Positions 25,470 through 32,000 of a stretch of DNA of 32,000 nucleotides are shown piece after piece. This stretch comes from Mycolicibacterium smegmatis. Lineage in GTDB: Bacteria > Actinomycetota > Actinomycetes > Mycobacteriales > Mycobacteriaceae. A model generated the notes under the pieces. The model had not been told where the DNA came from. It made no database searches and saw only the letters and a program-made list of their open reading frames with translations. The translations under genes and the position numbers were made by a program. The first letter of the stretch is position 1, and each line of letters begins with the position of its first letter. The DNA lies in NCBI RefSeq assembly GCF_001457595.1, contig NZ_LN831039.1, positions 4,680,001-4,712,000 on the forward strand, given 5' to 3'.

Positions 25470-26697
25470 CGTGCACGAAATTCCCTTGCAGGTACTCCGG
25501 TTCGCTGGCGCGGATGTCGGGCAACTGGTGCAGCAGTTCGCCGAAGATCGCCCGCAGTTGTGTCCTGGCGACGTGTGCGCCGAGGCAGAAGTGCCGTCCG
25601 CCGCCACCGAAACCCAGATGCGGGTTGGGTTTGCGACCCAGATCGAGCACGTCAGGCCGGTCGAACACCGTGGTGTCCCAGTTGCCCGACGCATAGAACA
25701 TCACAACCTTCTCCCCCGCCGCGATTTGCCGCCCGCCCAGTTCGACGTCGACCGCTGCCGTACGGCGGAACGTCATCACCGGTGACGCCCAGCGCACCAT
25801 CTCCTCGACCGCCACACCGATGCGGTCGTCGAAATCCTCCATGAGCCAGGCTCTTTGGTCTTCGAAGTCGGTGAGCGCCTTCAGGGCGTGGCTGGTGGTC
25901 TGGCGCGTGGTGTCGTTGCCCGCGACCGCGAGCAGCACGAAGAACGCGGCGACCTCGGCGTCGGTGAGCCGGTCACCGTCGACCTCAGCGTGCACGAGCG
26001 CGCTGATCAGATCGTTGCCCGGGTTCTCGCGCCGCTCGGCAGCCAGGGTGTTGGCCACCTGGTGCAGGTACATCTGGTTTTCCAGCACCACCTCCAGGGG
26101 ATGGCGGCCGGCCAGGTAGATCGGATCGGCCCAGGACACCAGCGCATCGGCCGCGTGGGCCACCTTCTCGCGCTCGCCTTCGGGGATGCCGACCATGTCC
26201 GACAGCGTGCGGATGGGCAGTTCTTTGGCGCAGTGGTCGACGAAGTCCACGCCGCTGCCAGCGGCCTTGAGTTCCGCGACGATCGCGGCTGCGTTGGCCT
26301 TGATCGAATCCTCGATGCGCGCGACCTGCCGCGGCGTGAAGGCCGAGTGCACGAGCTTGCGGATGAGGGTGTGCCGCGGCGCGTCCATCGCGAGGAAGGA
26401 CTGCGAGGCCTCCAGCAGTTCCTGCGGGACGTTCTCGAACAGCACGCCCTGCCCGGACAGGAACGTCTCGCTGTCGCGGCTGATCGCGACGATGTCGGCG
26501 TGGCGCGTGACGGCCCAGAAGCCCTTGTCGTCGGGATCGTGCATCAGCGCGTCCTCGACCGGCGGGTGCCAGCTGACCGGACGCTCGGCGCGCAGTTGGG
26601 CGAACGCGACTTCACGGTCGGCGGCCGTGGTGGCCCAGAATGCCCGCGACGAGAGATCGACGGCGTCGTAAGGACGTGTGATCGGCAACACAGTCAT
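25438..26697 (-). CDS. Cytochrome P450 monooxygenase
   Basis: 419 aa with the heme-thiolate loop FGGGGRHFCLGAHVAR, the ExxR motif (EEMVRWASPV) and the I-helix region (LLAVAGNDTTR). Its 3' end overlaps the sirtuin 3' end by 32 nt. Confidence 0.9.
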   Translation of the reverse strand: MTVLPITRPYDAVDLSSRAFWATTAADREVAFAQLRAERPVSWHPPVEDALMHDPDDKGFWAVTRHADIVAISRDSETFLSGQGVLFENVPQELLEASQSFLAMDAPRHTLIRKLVHSAFTPRQVARIEDSIKANAAAIVAELKAAGSGVDFVDHCAKELPIRTLSDMVGIPEGEREKVAHAADALVSWADPIYLAGRHPLEVVLENQMYLHQVANTLAAERRENPGNDLISALVHAEVDGDRLTDAEVAAFFVLLAVAGNDTTRQTTSHALKALTDFEDQRAWLMEDFDDRIGVAVEEMVRWASPVMTFRRTAAVDVELGGRQIAAGEKVVMFYASGNWDTTVFDRPDVLDLGRKPNPHLGFGGGGRHFCLGAHVARTQLRAIFGELLHQLPDIRASEPEYLQGNFVHAIRAMPCTFS

Positions 26698-26704
26698 GCT
26701 GGCG

Positions 26705-26734
26705 ACAGTAGGTCTAGACAGTGTGTCTAGTCAA
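26705..26734 (-). promoter_or_regulatory. Candidate P450 promoter: -35 TTGACT (complement of 26729-26734), 18-nt spacer, -10 TACTGT (complement of 26705-26710), 7 nt to the ATG (leaderless)
   Basis: The minus strand reads TTGACTagacacactgtctagaccTACTGTcgccagcATG. Confidence 0.55.
26714..26730. promoter_or_regulatory. 17-bp palindrome CTAGACA-GTG-TGTCTAG; candidate TetR operator
   Basis: It has perfect 7-bp arms at 26714-26720 and 26724-26730. It lies within the spacer of the predicted P450 promoter, overlapping its -35 by 2 bp, and over the -35 region of the tetR promoter. Confidence 0.6.
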
Positions 26735-26751
26735 GATGTGATTGATGCCGA

Positions 26752-26757
26752 TACGCT
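26752..26757 (+). promoter_or_regulatory. Candidate -10 hexamer TACGCT, 6 nt upstream of the tetR ATG (leaderless-type promoter)
   Basis: tacgct at 26752-26757, followed by ggatgg and then ATG at 26764. Confidence 0.45.
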
Positions 26758-26763
26758 GGATGG

Positions 26764-27405
26764 ATGCCATCGGTCACCAGAAAACCGCAGGCCAACCGGG
26801 AAGAACGACGCGAACGCATCGAGCGGGCGCTGCTCGACGCCACCGACCGGCTGATGTCCGACGGCACGAGCTTCACCGAACTGAGCGTCGACAGGCTTGC
26901 CACCGAGGCCGGCATCTCCCGCGCGAGCTTCTACATCTACTTCGAGGACAAAGGGCACCTGCTGCGCAGGCTCGCCGCGCAGGTGTTCGACGACCTCGCG
27001 CACGAGGCACAACAGTGGTGGGGTGTGGCGGGACGCCGCAATCCGGGCGACGTCCACACCGCGATGTCCGGCATCATCGCGAGCTACCGGCGCCACCAAC
27101 CGGTGCTCGTCGCGCTCAACGAGATGAGCGCCTACGACCCGCTGGTCGCACAGACCTACCGTGACCTGCTGACCGGGATATCGGCGCAACTCGCCCGCGT
27201 GATCGAGGAGGGCCAGGCCGACGGATCCATCCGCGCGCAGCTGCCCGCCGAGACCACCGCGAGCACGCTGACGTGGATGGTCGAGCGCACCTGCCACCAG
27301 AACCTGCCGTCACGACCGGCGTCCTACGATGCGGAACTGGCCGACACCCTCACTGAGATCGTCTGGGGCGCACTGTATCTGCGCCCCGCCTCGACAGATC
27401 GCTAG
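26764..27405 (+). CDS. TetR/AcrR-family transcriptional regulator
   Basis: 213 aa with an N-terminal HTH ([50 protein letters not shown]). It is divergent from the P450 gene. Confidence 0.88.
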   Translation: MPSVTRKPQANREERRERIERALLDATDRLMSDGTSFTELSVDRLATEAGISRASFYIYFEDKGHLLRRLAAQVFDDLAHEAQQWWGVAGRRNPGDVHTAMSGIIASYRRHQPVLVALNEMSAYDPLVAQTYRDLLTGISAQLARVIEEGQADGSIRAQLPAETTASTLTWMVERTCHQNLPSRPASYDAELADTLTEIVWGALYLRPASTDR

Positions 27406-28514
27406 GTGCGCACCAGGTCGTCGGCGTGGACGGCGGGACGGCGCATCTCGACGGGCAGTTCGTGTGTCGAGCGGCCGATGATCGAGGCGAGTTCGGCCTG
27501 GTCGTACGCCACCACGCCGCGAGCGACGGTGTGCCCGTCGAGCGCCCGCAGGTCGACCACGTCGCCGCCGTGGAAGCGGCCGGTCACCGAGGTGATGCCC
27601 GCGGGCAGCAGCGAGCGGCGCTGCTTGATCACCGCGCGCACCGCGCCGTCGTCGAGGGTGAGCGCACCGGCCGACTCCGCGGCGTAGCGCATCCAGAACT
27701 TGCGGGCCGACATGCGCTCGGGGCGCGGGGCGAACACCGTGCCCACCGACGCATCGTCGAGCGCTCGTCCGGCGTCCGCCGCGGCGGCCAGCAGCACGGG
27801 AACACCAGCGTCGGCGGCCAGCAGAGCCGACGACAACTTCGATGCCATACCGCCCGTGCCGAGGCTGCTGCCGCGGCCCGCGACCACGCCATCGAGGTCA
27901 CCTTGGGCGGCGACCTCCGGTATGAAGCGGGCCGGTTTGTCGGGCGTCGCCTTGCGGGGGTCTCCGTCGTAGAGGCCGTCGATGTCCGACAGCAGGATCA
28001 GCGCGTCGGCCCCGACCAGGTGCGCCACCAAAGCCGAGAGCCGGTCGTTGTCACCGAAGCGGATCTCGTTGGTGGCCACGGTGTCGTTCTCGTTGACGAT
28101 CGCCACGGCGTGCAGGGCCCGCAGACGGTCGAGGGTGCGCTGGGCGTTGTTGTGCTGCACACGCATCGAGATGTCGTGCGCGGTGAGCAGGACCTGCCCG
28201 ACGGTGCGGTTGTACACCGCGAACGCCGAGCTCCACGCGTTCACCAGGGCCACCTGGCCCACACTGGCCGCGGCCTGCTTGGTCGCGAGATCCGTTGGGC
28301 GCTTGGACAACCCGAGAGGTTCGATACCGGCGGCGATGGCACCAGAGGACACGATGACGACGTCGGAGCCGGCTTTCATGCGGCCCTCGATGGCCTCGAC
28401 CAGGCTTGCGAGCCGGTTGGCGTCGAAGACACCCGAAGGTGTGGTGAGGGCCGTGGTTCCGATCTTGACGACGACACTGCGTGCGGTACGGACCGCCTCG
28501 CGGTGCTCGCTCAC
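27402..28514 (-). CDS. proB: Glutamate 5-kinase (with C-terminal PUA domain)
   Basis: 370 aa with [11 protein letters not shown], the amino-acid-kinase fold and a PUA-like C-terminus ([33 protein letters not shown]). The GTG start overlaps the obg stop (GTGA at 28511-28514). Confidence 0.92.
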   Translation of the reverse strand: MSEHREAVRTARSVVVKIGTTALTTPSGVFDANRLASLVEAIEGRMKAGSDVVIVSSGAIAAGIEPLGLSKRPTDLATKQAAASVGQVALVNAWSSAFAVYNRTVGQVLLTAHDISMRVQHNNAQRTLDRLRALHAVAIVNENDTVATNEIRFGDNDRLSALVAHLVGADALILLSDIDGLYDGDPRKATPDKPARFIPEVAAQGDLDGVVAGRGSSLGTGGMASKLSSALLAADAGVPVLLAAAADAGRALDDASVGTVFAPRPERMSARKFWMRYAAESAGALTLDDGAVRAVIKQRRSLLPAGITSVTGRFHGGDVVDLRALDGHTVARGVVAYDQAELASIIGRSTHELPVEMRRPAVHADDLVRT

Positions 28515-29968
28515 GAGTCCTCTCCTCCCGATGCTCCCGGTTGCCTCCGTTCGCGCCGTGCGGCCTTACGTTCGGCGGCGCCGACGCGATCGGTCTGCTC
28601 AAGGCGGATGTCGGTGCCGCGCCCGGTCATCGTGACGTCGACACCGGCCGGGGTCTGCGGCTCCCAGTCGAACGTGACGTCACCGATCGTGACCGCGCAA
28701 CCGGGCTTCGCGCCGCGCTTGAGCAGTTCGTCCTCGACGCCCAGCCGTGCCAGCCGGTCGCCGAGGTAACCGACGGCCTCGTCGTTGTTGAAGTCGGTCT
28801 GCGCGATCCAGCGTTCTGGCCGCGTGCCGCGCACGATGAAGCCGCCCTCGCCGTCGGAAGAGATGGTGAAACCGCTCTCGTCGACGGGAATCGGCCGGAT
28901 GATGGGACGCCGCGGCGCGGCGACGGGCTGCGCGTCACGGTACTTCTTGACCATCTCCCACAGTGCAAATATCAACGGGCGCAAGCCATCCCGGCTGACT
29001 GTGGAGATCTCGTACACGGGCCAGCCGAACCGCCCGGCCACCTCGTCGCGGACGAAGTCGGCGAGTTCACGCGCATCGGGAACGTCGATCTTGTTGAGCA
29101 CCACCGCGCGCGGCCGTGATGCCAGATCACCCAGGGCCGAATCCCCTTGCAGGGTCGGGGTGTACGCCGCGAGTTCGGCCTCCAGGGCCTCGATGTCGGA
29201 GATGGGGTCGCGTCCCGGTTCCATGGTGGCGCAGTCGACGACGTGGACCAGTACCGCACACCGTTCGAGGTGCCGCAGGAAATCCAGGCCGAGACCGCGA
29301 CCCTCGGAGGCCCCGGGGATCAGGCCCGGAACGTCGGCGACCGTGTAGGTGTTCTCCCCTGCCGACACCACGCCGAGGTTGGGCACCAGCGTCGTGAAGG
29401 GATAGTCGGCGATCTTGGGCTTGGCAGCCGAGATCGTCGACACGAGAGAGGATTTCCCGGCCGACGGGAAGCCGATCAGTCCGACGTCGGCAACGGTCTT
29501 GAGCTCGAGCGTGAGGTCGCGCTCCTGGCCCTTTTCACCGAGCAGCGCGAAACCGGGGGCCTTGCGCGCGCGGGATGCCAGGGCCGCGTTACCCAGTCCC
29601 CCACGTCCGCCCGCGGCCGCCTCGAACCGGGTGCCCGCACCGACGAGATCGGCGAGCATGCGCCCGTTCTCGTCGAGCACGACGGTGCCGTCGGGAACGC
29701 GCACCTCGAGATCGATGCCTGCGGCGCCGTCGCGGTTGCTGCCCGCACCGGGCTTGCCGGAGGGTGCGACGACGTGGGGATGGAAATGGAAGTCCAGCAG
29801 GGTGTGCACCTGCGGATCGACGACGAGGATGACGCTGCCACCCCGGCCGCCGTTGCCACCGTCGGGGCCGCCGAGCGGTTTGAACTTCTCACGGTGGACA
29901 GACGCGCAGCCGTTACCGCCGTTGCCTGCCCGCGCGTGAATGACGACTCGGTCGACAAACCGGGGCAT
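28511..29968 (-). CDS. obg: GTPase Obg/CgtA
   Basis: 485 aa with the Gly-rich Obg fold ([30 protein letters not shown]), G1 [10 protein letters not shown]3 DVPGLI, G4 NKID and the OCT domain. AAGGA lies 6 nt before the ATG. Confidence 0.93.
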   Translation of the reverse strand: MPRFVDRVVIHARAGNGGNGCASVHREKFKPLGGPDGGNGGRGGSVILVVDPQVHTLLDFHFHPHVVAPSGKPGAGSNRDGAAGIDLEVRVPDGTVVLDENGRMLADLVGAGTRFEAAAGGRGGLGNAALASRARKAPGFALLGEKGQERDLTLELKTVADVGLIGFPSAGKSSLVSTISAAKPKIADYPFTTLVPNLGVVSAGENTYTVADVPGLIPGASEGRGLGLDFLRHLERCAVLVHVVDCATMEPGRDPISDIEALEAELAAYTPTLQGDSALGDLASRPRAVVLNKIDVPDARELADFVRDEVAGRFGWPVYEISTVSRDGLRPLIFALWEMVKKYRDAQPVAAPRRPIIRPIPVDESGFTISSDGEGGFIVRGTRPERWIAQTDFNNDEAVGYLGDRLARLGVEDELLKRGAKPGCAVTIGDVTFDWEPQTPAGVDVTMTGRGTDIRLEQTDRVGAAERKAARRERRQPGASGGEDS

Positions 29969-29980
29969 CGGAGATCCTTT

Positions 29981-30042
29981 CCGTTGGATGTGAAGCTATC
30001 GCGAAAGTTCTGTCGAGAACTCCGGCAGCTTCACATCCACGG
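29981..30042 (-). terminator. Nested hairpin in the rpmA-obg spacer; candidate attenuator, tail-less terminator or RNA processing/stability element
   Basis: The outer stem pairs ccgt(t)ggatgtgaagct (29981-29997) with agcttcacatccacgg (30027-30042): 16 bp with one bulged t. The inner stem pairs agttct (30006-30011) with agaact (30016-30021) around the loop gtcg. On the minus-strand RNA a U5 run precedes the hairpin rather than following it. Confidence 0.4.
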
Positions 30043-30059
30043 AAAAAGTCCTCGGAGTC

Positions 30060-30326
30060 TCAGGCCTCCGGCCGCGCAACCGGGACGATGTTGACCGTCT
30101 TGCGGCCACGCTTGGCGCCGAACTCCACGGCGCCGGGAGCCAGGGCGAACAGGGTGTCGTCGCCACCGCGGCCGACGTTGACGCCCGGGTGGAAGTGGGT
30201 GCCGCGCTGACGGACGAGGATCTCGCCTGCCTTCACGACCTGACCACCGAACCGCTTGACGCCGAGTCGCTGTGCTGCTGAGTCGCGACCGTTGCGAGAG
30301 CTGGAAGCGCCCTTCTTGTGTGCCAT
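30060..30326 (-). CDS. rpmA: 50S ribosomal protein L27
   Basis: 88 aa beginning [29 protein letters not shown]. The SD GGAGG lies 9 nt upstream. Confidence 0.97.
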
Positions 30327-30342
30327 GTCGAAACGCCTCCTA

Positions 30343-30654
30343 CTACTTGATGCCCGTGACCTTGAGCACCGTCAGCTGCTGACGGTGACCCTGGCGCTTG
30401 TGGTAGCCGGTCTTGTTCTTGAACTTGTGAATGCGGATCTTGGGGCCCTTGGTGTGCTCCAGCACCTCAGCGGTGACCGCGACCTTGGCCAGGTCGTCGG
30501 CCTTGCTGGTGACGTTGGCGCCGTCGACCACCAGGGCGACGGGCAGCGACACCGACGCGCCGGGCTCGGAGTCGAGCTTCTCAACCTTCACCACGTCGCC
30601 GGCGGCAACCTTGTACTGCTTGCCGCCGGTCTTGACGATTGCGTATGTCGCCAT
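30343..30654 (-). CDS. rplU: 50S ribosomal protein L21
   Basis: The start is set at ATG 30654 ([16 protein letters not shown]), giving 103 aa. GAGGA lies 4 nt upstream. The 142-aa track ORF has a spurious N-terminal extension. Confidence 0.95.
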
Positions 30655-30770
30655 CGTGTCCTCTGCTCTGCGGGCGCACGTCACCAGGCGGTGTGTGCGC
30701 GGGTCTTGGGTGGCGGGAGGTGGTCCCACCGGCCGCCGGCCTGACCACAGGCTCTGGCGACAACTGGTCA

Positions 30771-30800
30771 AGGGTACGTGACCAGCGGGTAGAGGGTCAA
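30771..30800 (-). promoter_or_regulatory. Candidate rplU-rpmA promoter: -35 TTGACC (complement of 30795-30800), 18-nt spacer, -10 TACCCT (complement of 30771-30776)
   Basis: The minus strand reads TTGACCctctacccgctggtcacgTACCCT. This predicts a TSS near 30764 and a leader of about 110 nt. Confidence 0.45.
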
Positions 30801-30842
30801 ACTGGCCCCCCTGGATCTCGCCTGAGACACCGTGATGCTCGT

Positions 30843-32000
30843 CTAGTCGTGGCTGGGCGGCCCCGCCGGACGTGCCGCGGCCCGGCGGCGCACCCGTGCG
30901 CGCGGCGCCGTCACCGGCGGCTCGTAGACCTCCCGGACCGGCTCTTCGTCCTCATCCGAGTCCGAGTCCTCGTCTTCGTCGGAGTCGTCGTCGGAGTCAT
31001 CCGAGTCGTCGTCTTCGTCGGAGTCGTCGGAGTCGTCGGAGTCATCGGAGTCGCCGATCACCTCGATGTCCTCGTCGAGTTCGTCCTCGTCGTCGTCGAG
31101 TTCGATCTCGTCCTCGTCCGACTCGTCGTCGGATTCCTCGTCGGAATCCAGGTCCGAATCCTCATCCGAGTCGTCGAGGTCCTCGTCGCCCGCAGCCCCG
31201 ACGGCCGCGGTCACGACGTGGGCGCGCTCGTCGGCGTCGTGCTCGTCGCGCGTGTCGTCCCGGACCTCGGCCGCGGTGGTGTCCTCGGCGGTCTCGTGGT
31301 CCTCGTGGTCCTCGTGGTCCTCGTCGCCTTCGTGCTTGCCGTTGGCAGCCGCCATGGCCTTGAACATCGGATGCTCACCCGGCGTGTGGTCCGGGACCTT
31401 CGCGACGTGCACCTCTTCGGTGCGGGCGGCGCCCTTCTTCCCGCGCTTGCCGCGCCGGCCACCACCGCTGCCACCGCCGCCGCTCGAGTCGGACTTGCGC
31501 CCGCCGTTGGACGACGCGGAGTCGATGGGATCGCCGTGCAGGACGATGCCGCGCCCACCGCAGTGCGTGCACGCCGTCGAGAACGCCTCGACCAACCCGG
31601 TGCCCAGGCGCTTACGCGTGAGCTGCACCAACCCCAGCGAGGTCACCTCGGACACCTGGTGCCGCGTGCGGTCCCGCGCGAGCGCCTCGGTCAGGCGGCG
31701 CAGCACCAGATCGCGGTTGGATTCCAGGACCATGTCGATGAAGTCGATGACGACGATGCCGCCGATGTCGCGCAGCCGCAGCTGCCGCACGATCTCCTCG
31801 GCGGCCTCCAGGTTGTTGCGCGTCACGGTCTGCTCGAGGTTGCCGCCCGACCCGGTGAACTTGCCGGTGTTGACGTCGACGACGGTCATGGCCTCGGTGC
31901 GGTCGATCACCAGGGTGCCGCCCGAGGGCAGCCACACCTTGCGGTCCATGGCCTTCGCGAGCTGCTCGTCGATGCGGTGCACCGCGAACACGTCGGGTGC
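30843..32000 (-). CDS. rne: Ribonuclease E, C-terminal part of the catalytic domain plus the disordered tail; the 5' end lies beyond the window edge
   Basis: The frame is open to position 32000 (...[28 protein letters not shown]). It carries the DNase-I-like block with VVIDFIDM, the Zn-link CTHCGGRG, then Arg/Gly-rich, His/acidic and polyacidic segments. Confidence 0.9.
   Translation of the reverse strand, partial: APDVFAVHRIDEQLAKAMDRKVWLPSGGTLVIDRTEAMTVVDVNTGKFTGSGGNLEQTVTRNNLEAAEEIVRQLRLRDIGGIVVIDFIDMVLESNRDLVLRRLTEALARDRTRHQVSEVTSLGLVQLTRKRLGTGLVEAFSTACTHCGGRGIVLHGDPIDSASSNGGRKSDSSGGGGSGGGRRGKRGKKGAARTEEVHVAKVPDHTPGEHPMFKAMAAANGKHEGDEDHEDHEDHETAEDTTAAEVRDDTRDEHDADERAHVVTAAVGAAGDEDLDDSDEDSDLDSDEESDDESDEDEIELDDDEDELDEDIEVIGDSDDSDDSDDSDEDDDSDDSDDDSDEDEDSDSDEDEEPVREVYEPPVTAPRARVRRRAAARPAGPPSHD
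30942..31187 (-). repeat. Coding low-complexity tract: an 82-codon polyacidic (Asp/Glu/Ser) block of RNase E built from degenerate GAC/GAG/TCG-type triplets
   Basis: The translation is [82 protein letters not shown], with no Lys or Arg. The DNA shows reiterated gagtcgtcg/gagtcatcc units. Confidence 0.85.
31293..31319 (-). repeat. Perfect 3x tandem 9-mer (ctcgtggtc) encoding the (EDH)3 core of the [11 protein letters not shown] run in the RNase E tail
   Basis: The units are at 31293-31301, 31302-31310 and 31311-31319, with a degenerate fourth unit from 31320. Confidence 0.85.

Noticed and set aside
12668-26730. Whether the palindromes at 12668-12681 (CTGACA-GG-TGTCAG) and 26714-26730 (CTAGACA-GTG-TGTCTAG) are sites for the same regulator, given the shared GACA...TGTC core.
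   Set aside because: The half-site spacing and flanking bases differ, and a 4-bp shared core is not significant. I treat them as independent.
13606-27405. The accessory blocks (sulfur island, sirtuin/P450/TetR block) as recently acquired mobile genomic islands.
   Set aside because: I see no integrase, transposase, tRNA attachment site, flanking direct repeats or obvious compositional break. Codon style looks native, so I call them lineage-specific chromosomal content rather than mobile elements.
30942-31328. The repetitive DNA in the rne 3' region as a minisatellite/VNTR-type non-coding repeat or a CRISPR-like array.
   Set aside because: The repeats are in frame and degenerate. They lie inside an uninterrupted ORF that encodes the acidic RNase E tail, and there is no repeat-spacer organisation.

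Overview
High-GC actinobacterial chromosomal segment. Gene content and order follow the mycobacterial housekeeping backbone holA-comEC-comEA ... degV-octT-gpgP-rsfS-nadD ... proA ... rbsK ... nadE ... proB-obg-rpmA-rplU-rne. From memory this is the M. tuberculosis Rv2413c-Rv2444c neighbourhood, so the source is probably a fast-growing Mycolicibacterium (M. smegmatis-like). That assignment is inference, not a database hit. I call 31 protein-coding genes, 25 on the minus strand. By eye I found no rRNA, tRNA, CRISPR array, IS element or integrase. Many long ORFs in the supplied track are antisense or 5'-extended artefacts of the high GC content, so I re-set several start codons from motif positions and gene junctions. 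Several accessory blocks interrupt the backbone. (1) 3256-5433: a secreted protein with a Lys/Ser-rich tail plus an SPFH/stomatin protein. (2) 8945-11311: an orphan CoxD/CoxE-type MoxR ATPase and VWA pair. (3) 13606-21937: an eight-gene organosulfur-scavenging island, comprising a DszA/NtaA-type monooxygenase, a four-domain rhodanese with a single cysteine heading an SsuCBA-type importer, and two SfnB/DszC-type flavoenzymes transcribed divergently. (4) 24045-27405: an isochorismatase-family hydrolase, a SIRT4-like sirtuin next to nadE, and a divergent cytochrome P450/TetR pair. At the sequence level, seven genes carry a TANNNT -10 hexamer 6-8 nt upstream of the start codon, which suggests leaderless mRNAs. 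Other signals are a perfect palindrome inside the P450 promoter spacer, an 11/12 inverted repeat with an 11-nt spacer in the sulfur-island control region, a nested 16-bp hairpin between rpmA and obg, a structured rplU leader, and an 82-residue polyacidic block in the RNase E tail. The sulfur island, especially the rhodanese-led importer, and the orphan MoxR-VWA pair are the best candidates for undescribed biology. All functional calls rest on motif recognition and recalled synteny and need HMM/BLAST confirmation.
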